A stretch of DNA of 52,091 bases from Candidatus Bathyarchaeia archaeon (GTDB taxonomy: Archaea; Thermoproteota; Bathyarchaeia; TCS64): contig JBEKDF010000019.1 in the NCBI GenBank assembly GCA_050014495.1, positions 1 through 52,091 on the forward strand, read 5' to 3'. Every line of letters starts with the position of its first letter. Position 1 is the stretch's first letter. Below, piece after piece: positions 1 to 9,690 of this stretch. The translations under genes were made by a program, and so were the position numbers. The notes under the pieces were generated by a model that had not been told where the DNA came from, searched no databases, and saw only the letters and a program-made list of their open reading frames with translations.

Positions 1-211
1 AACCATTAGCAGAAGTGTGGTAATGAAAGTTGAGATTCCTTTTCTCTTTTTAGTCACGACCATTTTCAAGACCTAATCTAAAGAAAGTTTCAATGTATTT
101 AATTCTTCGGTAACTTATGACCTTACCATTAGTTAGAACTATTTTTCCAATATTCTTAAATGATTTCCGATTTTTTACTATATAGAGAATTTGCTGACAG
201 GTGTAGGATGT

Positions 212-3200
212 ATGTTTAAGAATAATTCTATGTCAAAACATAGGGGTATATCGACTTACATCGCGGTACTCATATTAATAATAATAGCTATCATCGCCGG
301 CCTCTTGATCTACGCGTATACGATGGGTTACATCGGTGGTTTCAATGTCGGTGCTGGCGGAAATGAGCTTCAGATTGAGAGCACATCTCAAACTAATGGC
401 CAACTCTTACTATATGTAAAGAATATTGGTCAAAACTCTCTGAAACTTAACCCCGCAACCCCCTCGAATGCGAGGGTCTATGTTGACGATGTTTCGGTGC
501 TTTATCAAATAAAGGAGCTAGAGTATGCCAATTTACTTCCATCGGGAAGTACTTGCACTATTGGTATTCTCGTTTCACAGACTTGGGTTGGGAACACAGT
601 GCAAGTTAAAGTGGTTGCCGATGATGGAACCTTCGTTGTAACCACTGTTAAAATCAATGTCCCCGATGGGATCAGCCACACTATAACGGCTTCCGCGGGT
701 CCTAATGGTCAGATCAGTCCTTCGGGAACTGTATTTGTCGCAGACGGTGCAAGCGTTACCTTCACCATTACTCCTAATACCCAAGACTTTTACATTTCAA
801 TGGTAACGGTGGATACCCAATCAGTGGGCGCTGTAACCTCCTACACATTCAACTCGGTTACAGGCGACCACTCCATATCTGCTACTTTCGCAGGTGGTCC
901 CTCATTCATTATAACTTCTTCAGTTAGCTCAGGCGGAACAATAAGCCCGCTGGGACAAGTTATGGTCCCATATGGTGGTAGTCAAACATTCACAATTCAG
1001 GCTAATCCTGGATGGTATCTATCTGATGTGCTGATTAATGGCACGGTACACGTAGGCGCTATCGGATCCTATACCTTCACTGGTGTCGAAGCGAATGGTA
1101 TCACCATCGCAGCCACCTTTATCCAAGGAGTCGCACACACAATCACATCCTCGGCAAACACCGGTGGAAGCATTACCCCCCTGGGAACTGTTACGGTACC
1201 AGATGGCGGTAGTCAGGCTTTCACGATCACAGCTGATTCTAGCCATTATATAGCCAATGTAATGGTAGATGGCGTATCCGTTGGTGCAATCGGATCCTAT
1301 ACATTCACAAATGTGATCACTGATCACATCATCGTTGTTACATTCGCAACTGGATCTGCGTACCTGATAACGTCATCAGCTGGAGCGGGCGGGTCGATTT
1401 CTCCACTTGGCTCAGTTTATGTCGTGGCAGGTGGTAGCATATCCTTCACAATTGCGCCAAACACGGGCTACCACATCGTTGACGTGGTTGTCGATACCTA
1501 CTCATATGGCGCAATAAACTCCTATACATTCAGTAATATCAATGGGATTCACACGATAGCAGCCTCCTTTGCACTCAATACATACACCATCACCGTCACA
1601 GCAGGATTACATGGTGCTATAACTCCGGGGACGAGCCAGGTCTCATATGGAAGTAGTAAAGTTTTCACGATAACTGCGGACTCAGGCTATTATGTCGCGG
1701 ATGTCAAGGTGGACGGTGTCTCGATCGGAGCCGTCATGTCCTACACATTCACGAACATAGTAAGCGACCACACACTATCAGCAACATTTGCTTTTGGCCA
1801 CGCCTACACAATCACATCCACGGCTGGAGCCGGTGGTAGCATCAGCCCGTTGGGACCGGTCGCAGTCCCCGATGGCAGCAGCGTGACATTCACAATCAAA
1901 CCTAATTCGGGTTACCACATCGCTGACGTGAAGGTCGACACTGTGTCGGTAGGACTAGTCAATGTTTACACATTCACAAATGTTGCGGCGGATCACACTA
2001 TTGATGCATCCTTCACAGGAACAACGATAACCCACACGATAACATCCTCAGTCGACGCTAACGGTGGAGGCACCATTAATCCATTAGGCAAGGTCACAAT
2101 CCCAGATGGCGGTAGCCAGAGTTATGTGATACAGGCCTCAGGTGGGTATCACGTCAGTGATGTCAAGGTCGATGGCGTCTCCGTCGGAGCCGTAATGACC
2201 TACACATTCAGCAACGTAATCTCAGACCATGTGATAGTCGCTTCGTTTGCCGTAGGGATAGCTCACACTATCACATCATCAGCCGGCGTGGGTGGAACTA
2301 TAGCTCCGCTTGGGCCAGTTGCAGTAGTTGATGGTGGAAGCCAGACCTTTACGATGACCGCAAACTCGGGATACCACATAGTAGACGTCCTGGTTGATGG
2401 GGTCTCGGTTGGGGCGGTTGGAACTTATGGATTCACAGGGGTTACGAAGGATCACACAATATCTGTTGTGTTTTCAACTTTCACTTTCACCATCTCGGCG
2501 TCGGTAGGATCCGGAAGGGGAAGTATTAGCCCGAGTGGAGATGTAGATGTTGCGTATGGCGGAACTCAGACGTTTACAATCACTCCAAGCACGTCTGGTG
2601 GAGGCAATCATGTTAGTGATGTCTTAGTCGATGGTGTATCGGTTGGACCGGTATTATCATATACTTTCACAAATGTACAAGCTGACCACACGATAGTAGC
2701 CTCCTTCTCATCAGGTGCTTCACACACCATCACCTCATCAGCTGGCCCGGGAGGCATAATCTTCCCAGCTGGGTCAATCTCTGTGGGTAACCTTCAGAGT
2801 CAGACATTCACAATAACACCAAATACCGGCTACAGCATCGCCGCAGTCATGGTCGATGGCGTTTCGAAGGGGACAGTAAATACATACACTTTCAGTAGCG
2901 TGACCTCGGATCACACAATATCTGTAACATTCATGCTCAACACAGTGACTATCACTGCTTCAGCTGGTTTGAATGGTGCAATAAGCCCATCGGGCTCAGT
3001 TATTGTACCTTATGGTAGCAGTCAAACATTCACGATCACGGCTAGCACGGGATACCATGTGCAGGATGTATTAGTCGATGGACAAACAGTTGGACCAGTA
3101 ATGTCCTATACATTTTACAACATCATTATCCCGCACACTATCGCAGCATCTTTCGCGTCAGGTACGGCCCACACAATCACATCCTCGGCGGGTCCGGGTG

Positions 3201-6200
3201 GAAAAATTTTCCCACTTGGACCGGTGGCTGTCATTGACGGTGGAAGCCAGACATTCACCATAACACCGAATGCATATTATCAGATCCAGGATGTGAAGGT
3301 CGACGGAGCATCTGTAGGGGCAGTTACAAGCTACCCATTCACTGCTGTTACTAAGGATCATACTATATCCGTAACATTCATTCCAGTCGCGTCTCTGACA
3401 ATAACGGCGACTGCTGGTCCAAATGGCTCCATCAACCCATCTGGGGCCGTTCAAGTATCCTACGGCGGAAGCCAGACCTTCACAATGACGCCTAATAATA
3501 ACTTCCATGTACAGGATGTCCAGGTAGATGGCGTATCCGTCGGAGCCCTAGCATCATATACCTTCAGTAACGTGGTTGCAAGTCACACGATTTCAGTGAC
3601 ATTCACTACTGGGGCACAACACGTTATAACAGCTACAGCGGGTAGCGGTGGGACTATAAGCCCCTCGGGTCAGGTCGTTGTGGCTGATGGTGGAAGCCAA
3701 ACCTTTACGATAACAGCCAATGGAGGATACAAGATAACCGACGTGTTAGTCGATAAAGTATCAGTTGGTGCAGTCGGAACCTATCCGTTCACGGGTGTAA
3801 CTGCTGATCACACAATAGAGGCATCGTTTGCAGTCGTTACTTCCTACACGATAACGGCTTCAGCAGACACCAACGGATCCATCAACCCATCAGGAGCCGT
3901 GTCAGTGAATGTTGGAGCAAGTCAGCCATTCGCAATTAGCGCGAACTCCGGCTATTACATCTTGGATGTGAAGGTTGATGGCTCGTCAGTTGGAGCAGTG
4001 GGCTCATACACCTTCACGAATGTTCAGGCTGATCATATAATCGTAGTGACTACTGCATCCGGACACGCGTACACTATCACATCCTCGTCGACAGCGGGTG
4101 GATCGATCAGTCCACTGGGTCCAGTGTCTGTCCCGGATGGCAAAAGCCAGACATTCACTTTGACCCCCAGCACAGGTTACCGTATATCGGATGTAAAAGT
4201 CGATCAGGTGTCAGTTGGAACTCCCTCGACCTATACATTCTCCAATGTCATTGCTAACCACAGAATAGATGCCTACTTCGCCATTCAGCAGTTCATAATA
4301 ACTGCCTCCGCGGGCGCGAATGGTCAGATTAGCCCGCTCGGCCAGACTACGGTGAATTATGGAGGCAGCCAGTCTTACACCATAACTGCCAACTCGGGAT
4401 ACCACGTGTCCGATGTACTCGTGGACGGAAAATCCGTTGGAGCAGTAGAATCCTACTCCTTCAGTAACGTGGTTGTAGCCCACACAATAGCAGCCTCATT
4501 CGCCTCCGGTGTAGCTCACACAATTACAGCGTCAGCTGGGACAGGTGGCACAATAGCACCGGTCGGCCCAGTCTCAGTAATAGACGCAGGAAGCCAGAGC
4601 TTCACGATTACGGCTAGTGCAGGTTACAAGATAGCTGATGTACTAGTCGACGGCGCCTCAGTGGGAGCTGTGAGTACCTACCAATTCACGGATGTAGTAG
4701 CGGACCACACGATACAAGCGTCTTTCGCAGCCGATACTTACACGCTCACTGTAAATGTATCTGGATCCGGCAGTGTAACAATTCTACCAAAGCAGACATC
4801 CTATGCCTACGGGGCACAGGTTCAGCTAACCGCCATCCCCGCCAACGGCGTGACCTTCACCAGTTGGACTGGCGGAGGCCTAACGGGGAACACCAACCCA
4901 ATAACCGTGACGATAAACTCCAACACAGTAATTACGGCAACGTTCTCCAATGCTCAAGCTACATCTATGGGTTGGTATAGCTGGTCTCCAACAACAGTAA
5001 TTGGCCAGAGCTACCAATCGATTGGCATCCTCACAGCGAGTGGAAATGGTGTATTAAATGGAAAGCTTATCAGAATCCAATTAACAAGGCCCGATGGCAC
5101 GCAGGTCGTCTCAACGACGACTACTGCACTACTTGGATTATTCTATGTTAATGCAGTACCTGATGCGGTAGGAACCTGGACCGTCTATTGTCAGTTCTTA
5201 GGTGACTCCACTTACGGCGCATCGGTTTTAGGACCTAGAACATTCACTGTAACAAAAATGGGATCAACAACCACCTGTTCAGTCTCGCCCCCTGCCGCAA
5301 CTCTTGGCCAGCCAATAACAGTATCAGGTTCGGTTACGCCGGCCTCAGGGTCAGATATATCTGGACAGACAGTAACCTTCACATTCACAGCCCCAGGAGG
5401 CTCCACATTTACTGGCACAGCGACTACTGACTCGAGCGGCGACTACACATATCAGTTTACACCCAATGTTAGTGGTGCTTGGACTGTAGTTGCTAGCTTC
5501 GCGGGTGATCCATCTCACAACCCCTCCACAAGCTCTAGCCAGGCATTCACTGTAAAAGCAAGCGCGACAGTTGCGGCACCATCCTTCACTCCATCGAGTC
5601 CAATCACTGTTGGAACACAGGAGACTCTAACTGCTACCGTCACTGGTTCATCAGGAACTCCGACTGGAACTGTAACCTTCCAATACTCAACGAACGGAGG
5701 AACATCCTGGAGCAACGTTGGCTCAGCCGTCACGCTAAATGGCGGCTCAGCCTCAACAACCTACAATCCAGGTGCTGGTAGCTATGTGTTTAGGGCAACC
5801 TACAACGGTGACTCGACTTACAACAGTGCAACTAGTGTAGCATCTTCAACTCTTGTGGTTAACAAGAACACCATTTCAGTACCAGCCCCAACCTTTTCAC
5901 CCGCAAGTCCAATAGCCCTAGGCCAATCAGTGACTCTGAGTGTGACCATACCCGGTACCCCGACTCCGACTGGAACCGTCCAGTTCCAATACTCTCTTAA
6001 CGGAGGTACTTGGACGAACACTGGCTCGACTGTGACACTTAGCTCAGGCACAGCAACTCGGACTTTCACAGCTTCAAGCACGGGAAGCTACGTCTTCAGG
6101 GTAACCTACAACGGTGACAGCAACTACAATAGCGCAACTGGAGCGACGTCCTCCACACTAGTGGTAGGCAAGGCAAACCCAACAGTACCTGCTCCCACCT

Positions 6201-7120
6201 TCAGCCCATCTAGCCCGATAGCAGTTGGCACTACAGAGACGATCAGAGTCACGATTTCAGGAGGAAGCGGCACACCAACAGGCACTGTAACGTTCCAGTA
6301 CTCTACAGATAGCGGATCCACATGGACTAACTTAGGGTCAGCAGTAAATCTCAGTGGCTCAGGACAAGCATCAACGACGTACACGCCTGCAGCTGGTAGC
6401 TATATATTCCATGCCATCTATAGCGGCGACACTAACTACAATGGTGCAACCGGTGCGGCATCCTCGACTCTAGTCGTTAACCCACCAACACTTACGAACT
6501 TTACATTCAGCTCTACTAGCTCGAAGACGGCTGGAACAGCATTCAGTGAAACAATCACCGCAAAGGACCAGAATGGAAACACTCTCACAAGTTACACAGG
6601 CACAGTTCACTTTACATCAACAGACCCGCAGGCAACTTTACCACCCGACTATACATTCACGACAGCCGATGCTGGTGCGCACACATTCACTAGCGGCTTT
6701 ACACTGAGGACAGCAGGCTCACAGAGAATAACAGTAACCGACGCAGCCGCCAAAGTTTCAACGCAGAGCTCATCAATAACAGTTAATGCCGCAAGTGCAA
6801 CAAAGCTCGTATACACTGCTGGTGCATCTCAGACAATTGCTCACAACGTTAAATCCAGTGTAATTACAGCACAGTTGCAAGATGCATACGGGAACGCAGT
6901 CACTGCAAGTTCAACTGTAACCGTGAACTTTTCAACAACTTCCTCAGGTGGCTATTTCACTTCGACTTCAGGCTCGAGCACACACATAACTTCAAAAACT
7001 ATTACATCTGGTAACGATTCAGTGAACTTCTACTATACAGATGCTAATACTGGATCCCCAACAATAACCGCCTCTAGCAGCGGATTAACTTCGGCACAAA
7101 CAACATTCACAATAACATAA
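212..7120 (+). CDS. Giant pilin-fused surface adhesin: class III signal peptide, archaeal pilin domain, 18+1 InlB-B/bacterial-repeat domains and several Ig-like (Big_3-like) domains
   Basis: N-terminus KHRG|ISTYIAVLILIIIAIIAGLLIY is a type IV prepilin signal. 18 tandem ~77-aa repeats (xTITASAGxGGxISPxG...VxVDGxSVGAVxSYTFxNVxxDHTIxAxF) are followed by TPTGTVTFQYS...YNGDSNY Ig repeats. No C-terminal TM. ATG at 212 or 230 is preferred over TTG at 191. Confidence 0.85.
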   Translation: MFKNNSMSKHRGISTYIAVLILIIIAIIAGLLIYAYTMGYIGGFNVGAGGNELQIESTSQTNGQLLLYVKNIGQNSLKLNPATPSNARVYVDDVSVLYQIKELEYANLLPSGSTCTIGILVSQTWVGNTVQVKVVADDGTFVVTTVKINVPDGISHTITASAGPNGQISPSGTVFVADGASVTFTITPNTQDFYISMVTVDTQSVGAVTSYTFNSVTGDHSISATFAGGPSFIITSSVSSGGTISPLGQVMVPYGGSQTFTIQANPGWYLSDVLINGTVHVGAIGSYTFTGVEANGITIAATFIQGVAHTITSSANTGGSITPLGTVTVPDGGSQAFTITADSSHYIANVMVDGVSVGAIGSYTFTNVITDHIIVVTFATGSAYLITSSAGAGGSISPLGSVYVVAGGSISFTIAPNTGYHIVDVVVDTYSYGAINSYTFSNINGIHTIAASFALNTYTITVTAGLHGAITPGTSQVSYGSSKVFTITADSGYYVADVKVDGVSIGAVMSYTFTNIVSDHTLSATFAFGHAYTITSTAGAGGSISPLGPVAVPDGSSVTFTIKPNSGYHIADVKVDTVSVGLVNVYTFTNVAADHTIDASFTGTTITHTITSSVDANGGGTINPLGKVTIPDGGSQSYVIQASGGYHVSDVKVDGVSVGAVMTYTFSNVISDHVIVASFAVGIAHTITSSAGVGGTIAPLGPVAVVDGGSQTFTMTANSGYHIVDVLVDGVSVGAVGTYGFTGVTKDHTISVVFSTFTFTISASVGSGRGSISPSGDVDVAYGGTQTFTITPSTSGGGNHVSDVLVDGVSVGPVLSYTFTNVQADHTIVASFSSGASHTITSSAGPGGIIFPAGSISVGNLQSQTFTITPNTGYSIAAVMVDGVSKGTVNTYTFSSVTSDHTISVTFMLNTVTITASAGLNGAISPSGSVIVPYGSSQTFTITASTGYHVQDVLVDGQTVGPVMSYTFYNIIIPHTIAASFASGTAHTITSSAGPGGKIFPLGPVAVIDGGSQTFTITPNAYYQIQDVKVDGASVGAVTSYPFTAVTKDHTISVTFIPVASLTITATAGPNGSINPSGAVQVSYGGSQTFTMTPNNNFHVQDVQVDGVSVGALASYTFSNVVASHTISVTFTTGAQHVITATAGSGGTISPSGQVVVADGGSQTFTITANGGYKITDVLVDKVSVGAVGTYPFTGVTADHTIEASFAVVTSYTITASADTNGSINPSGAVSVNVGASQPFAISANSGYYILDVKVDGSSVGAVGSYTFTNVQADHIIVVTTASGHAYTITSSSTAGGSISPLGPVSVPDGKSQTFTLTPSTGYRISDVKVDQVSVGTPSTYTFSNVIANHRIDAYFAIQQFIITASAGANGQISPLGQTTVNYGGSQSYTITANSGYHVSDVLVDGKSVGAVESYSFSNVVVAHTIAASFASGVAHTITASAGTGGTIAPVGPVSVIDAGSQSFTITASAGYKIADVLVDGASVGAVSTYQFTDVVADHTIQASFAADTYTLTVNVSGSGSVTILPKQTSYAYGAQVQLTAIPANGVTFTSWTGGGLTGNTNPITVTINSNTVITATFSNAQATSMGWYSWSPTTVIGQSYQSIGILTASGNGVLNGKLIRIQLTRPDGTQVVSTTTTALLGLFYVNAVPDAVGTWTVYCQFLGDSTYGASVLGPRTFTVTKMGSTTTCSVSPPAATLGQPITVSGSVTPASGSDISGQTVTFTFTAPGGSTFTGTATTDSSGDYTYQFTPNVSGAWTVVASFAGDPSHNPSTSSSQAFTVKASATVAAPSFTPSSPITVGTQETLTATVTGSSGTPTGTVTFQYSTNGGTSWSNVGSAVTLNGGSASTTYNPGAGSYVFRATYNGDSTYNSATSVASSTLVVNKNTISVPAPTFSPASPIALGQSVTLSVTIPGTPTPTGTVQFQYSLNGGTWTNTGSTVTLSSGTATRTFTASSTGSYVFRVTYNGDSNYNSATGATSSTLVVGKANPTVPAPTFSPSSPIAVGTTETIRVTISGGSGTPTGTVTFQYSTDSGSTWTNLGSAVNLSGSGQASTTYTPAAGSYIFHAIYSGDTNYNGATGAASSTLVVNPPTLTNFTFSSTSSKTAGTAFSETITAKDQNGNTLTSYTGTVHFTSTDPQATLPPDYTFTTADAGAHTFTSGFTLRTAGSQRITVTDAAAKVSTQSSSITVNAASATKLVYTAGASQTIAHNVKSSVITAQLQDAYGNAVTASSTVTVNFSTTSSGGYFTSTSGSSTHITSKTITSGNDSVNFYYTDANTGSPTITASSSGLTSAQTTFTIT

Positions 7121-7129
7121 ACTTATAAC

Positions 7130-7141
7130 CACCCTTTTTTT
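7130..7141 (+). terminator. Archaeal oligo-T terminator
   Basis: CACCCTTTTTTT 10 nt after the stop at 7120. Confidence 0.55.
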
Positions 7142-7168
7142 AATACATTCTTCTCGTTTTGCGCGCGC

Positions 7169-8363
7169 ATAAGTGTTCATTAATTCATTTTCGGTCTTAT
7201 TTCTCGAATGAAGCTTTTTCCGAGCCTTAATACGTGAAGGCAGCAATACAGTTTGCAAGCTCCGGCCTCCCTATCTTGTGAGCAGATATCGCGACGGCGT
7301 AGATGCAGGCGAAGCAGATGCCGACGTGCATCCTCACCTTAGCCACCCCTCTCCACCGCAGGTTCTCCATCATCAGCTCAAGCTTACCCGCCTTGAAGCT
7401 CCGCTCCACCGACATCCTCAGCCTGTAGAGACCCACCAGCCTCGGGTCACCCTTAACCCTGAAGCGCTTAGTAAGCCACAGGTCGATCAGCGGCTCCCTC
7501 GCTTGGGACGTGTGCGGGATCACGGGCTCGACCCCCAACGCCTTAACCAATTCGAAGACCTCCGCCGAGTAGTACTGCCTATCCGCTATGACGTGGCTTA
7601 TATGCTTCCCCAGCGGCTTGAGCAGCCGTGGAGCCTCCCTCAGCAGCGGCCTCGCCACGTCCTTATCGTTGACGTTCGCGGCCCTCACCACGTACGTCAG
7701 AGGGAAGGCCTTCATCGAGACGGCGGCGTGGGCCCTCCAGCCGAGCCCGTAGTTCCTCCGGTCGGTCTTGCCGACGCGGGCGCCCCTGTCGCTCTTACCT
7801 CCCTTCCTCCCGCGCCTGGAGTACGCCCTCATGAAGGTGCTGTCCAGGCTGACCTTGACTGCCTCGCCCGGGTCCACTATGCCCACCGCGAGGGCCTGGT
7901 CCCTAAGCTCCCCGAAGAGGCCCTCGATGGCCTCGGGGCCCGCCCTGGCGATGAAGAGGCTGAACGTGTTGTGCTTCGGCGTAGAGTCGCCGAACTCGCA
8001 GATGTCTCGAGCATACTGCCTCCTCTCCAGCCTCCTGCAGAGCTTCCTCACCGATGGTATGGCCTCGAACCGCATGAACATCAGCGAGAGAAGCATGGAG
8101 CGCACGGGAAAGCGTGGCCTGCCCATCCCTGAGTTGGCGTACTTGGCTTCAATCCGGGCGGTAGTGAGGCTTATATCGATGTTTGAGAACAGGAGCTTGA
8201 GGGTGTCAAGGGGGAGGCGTTGGTAGCCGTCTGAAACGGTTTATCACCTCCATCATGACATGTTTTCAAAATTTCCTTGCATCCTCGCCTCTAAATATTT
8301 ATTCACGCCACAAATAGGCTTAATCAGGAGAAAAAGGCCGAAAAATAATTAATGAACACTTAT
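7169..8363 (-). mobile_element. Insertion sequence with DDE transposase (IS5/IS1182-like)
   Basis: Terminal inverted repeats ATAAGTGTTCATTAATT at 7169-7185 and 8347-8363, extending imperfectly inward. Flanked by GCGCGC at 7163-7168 and 8364-8369 (candidate 6-bp TSD). GC-rich interior. Confidence 0.88.
7227..8126 (-). CDS. DDE transposase (DUF772-like N-terminus plus DDE_Tnp_1-like domain); real start probably upstream near 8237
   Basis: GRPRFP, SLDST, IADRQY and YRLRMSVERSF motifs. The frame stays open 37 codons upstream of the ATG. Confidence 0.85.
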   Translation of the reverse strand: MGRPRFPVRSMLLSLMFMRFEAIPSVRKLCRRLERRQYARDICEFGDSTPKHNTFSLFIARAGPEAIEGLFGELRDQALAVGIVDPGEAVKVSLDSTFMRAYSRRGRKGGKSDRGARVGKTDRRNYGLGWRAHAAVSMKAFPLTYVVRAANVNDKDVARPLLREAPRLLKPLGKHISHVIADRQYYSAEVFELVKALGVEPVIPHTSQAREPLIDLWLTKRFRVKGDPRLVGLYRLRMSVERSFKAGKLELMMENLRWRGVAKVRMHVGICFACIYAVAISAHKIGRPELANCIAAFTY

Positions 8364-8403
8364 GCGCGCACATTAAAATGTTTTTTTTTAATGTAAATTA
8401 CTT

Positions 8404-8616
8404 TCAATTCGAAAATGATCCTCTTAAGCCAAGGTACAACAAAGCTAAACCACTCACGATTAAGAATGCTGTATCAAATAAGTTAGGTATGGATGGTAGC
8501 CAGTACCAATTGTCGAGGAAGGTTGAAAATTTTAAGGCGAAGGAGATTGTGCCAACTCCGAGCGCAACAACGATGGCTTTGAGGGCTAATTCCCGCCCAG
8601 AAAAATTCCGTTTCAT
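8404..8616 (-). CDS. Small two-TM membrane protein
   Basis: 70-aa ORF with two hydrophobic segments. Confidence 0.55.
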   Translation of the reverse strand: MKRNFSGRELALKAIVVALGVGTISFALKFSTFLDNWYWLPSIPNLFDTAFLIVSGLALLYLGLRGSFSN

Positions 8617-8839
8617 GATTACTCACTTAAACTTCTGGGTTTTATTTGAATTAAATTTCATTTAAATTTTATGCGAGCCGCTACTCCTTCTTTTTCTCAA
8701 TTATTCTCAGGCTAAGGATCGCTCGTCTTTATTCTCTTTGTGATATACTTCCTCGTATCAGGTCGAGCGCACACGCTTCGAGTCCACCATTCAACCCTTA
8801 AAGTACCAATAACTTTCTTTATTTTTTAAAGATATAATT

Positions 8840-9436
8840 TCACCCGAGGCATTTTGCATGAGTGAATGACGTACATACATCAGATGTTTTTCTTCTCTTA
8901 TTCCTCGGAAAGTATTTGTTGCAGTCGAAGCAAATTAGCTCGGTGACACGAACCAACTCTCGATCTGGTCTCCCTGCCAGTGAAATATCGGAGTACGCGG
9001 ACAAGACATGTTCACCCCCAGCAAATCTCTCATAGAGCTTCTTAAGAAGATGCGAATTTGGCATATACTTCCAATACTGGCAATAGCCATTCAACGAATA
9101 GTAGCAGTCGATGGTCTTCACCCTCGCTCTCTCGAACCTGATGTCGAAGATAGCCGACTCTATCTCTTCTCTAGAAAACTCAGTCAGCTCTTGCGTAGGA
9201 TATGTTTGTGTAGGATGTAATCTCACGATATATTTCGACATTTGTCGCCGTGATTCATCGATTTCAGACCCATTTTGTTTTTCTTGGGGTCTCTTCAGCT
9301 TCTCTATAAAGTCACGGAGCTCAGGTGTTAGGAAGCCGAGGCCGTTTTCCTCTTTGCCTTTTCTGGCTGATAGATACGGTTTGCCCTTTACAGTTTTGAT
9401 CCTGAAGTGGTATCCCTCTCGGTAATATGCCTTCAT
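8840..9436 (-). CDS. Hypothetical protein; N-terminal basic beta-hairpin domain reminiscent of SSV1 D-335/integrase N-termini, C-terminal Cys cluster
   Basis: YHFRIKTVKGKPYLSARKGKEENGLG at the N-terminus; CYYSLNGYC...CFDC at the C-terminus. Confidence 0.6.
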   Translation of the reverse strand: MKAYYREGYHFRIKTVKGKPYLSARKGKEENGLGFLTPELRDFIEKLKRPQEKQNGSEIDESRRQMSKYIVRLHPTQTYPTQELTEFSREEIESAIFDIRFERARVKTIDCYYSLNGYCQYWKYMPNSHLLKKLYERFAGGEHVLSAYSDISLAGRPDRELVRVTELICFDCNKYFPRNKRRKTSDVCTSFTHAKCLG

Positions 9437-9690
9437 TTTTTCTCTAATACTGTCATCAAGTGTAATTACAGCTCCCTCCTATGTTTCTCCCCGTGTCCCA
9501 AAATATTTCCCTTCTCACTTAGGGCTTAATATGTGCAAGGATACCCCCTCCATTAGTAGCTATCCTCTCTCTTCGATTCCCCAGACCACTATGTGATTAC
9601 TCCATTTCCCCGAGTTCCCCACGTTCTCTAGGAGCCAACAAGCTTGTATAGGCTAGCCTATATTCATCAATATGGGGAAGGAAAAATAAT

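Noticed and set aside
575..6384. Several minus-strand ORFs inside the giant pilin gene
   Set aside because: Antisense shadows of a repetitive T/S/V/G-rich coding frame; no independent motifs.
7278..8226. Long plus-strand ORFs (284 and 152 aa) within the first IS
   Set aside because: Antisense to the transposase in GC-rich DNA with few stops.
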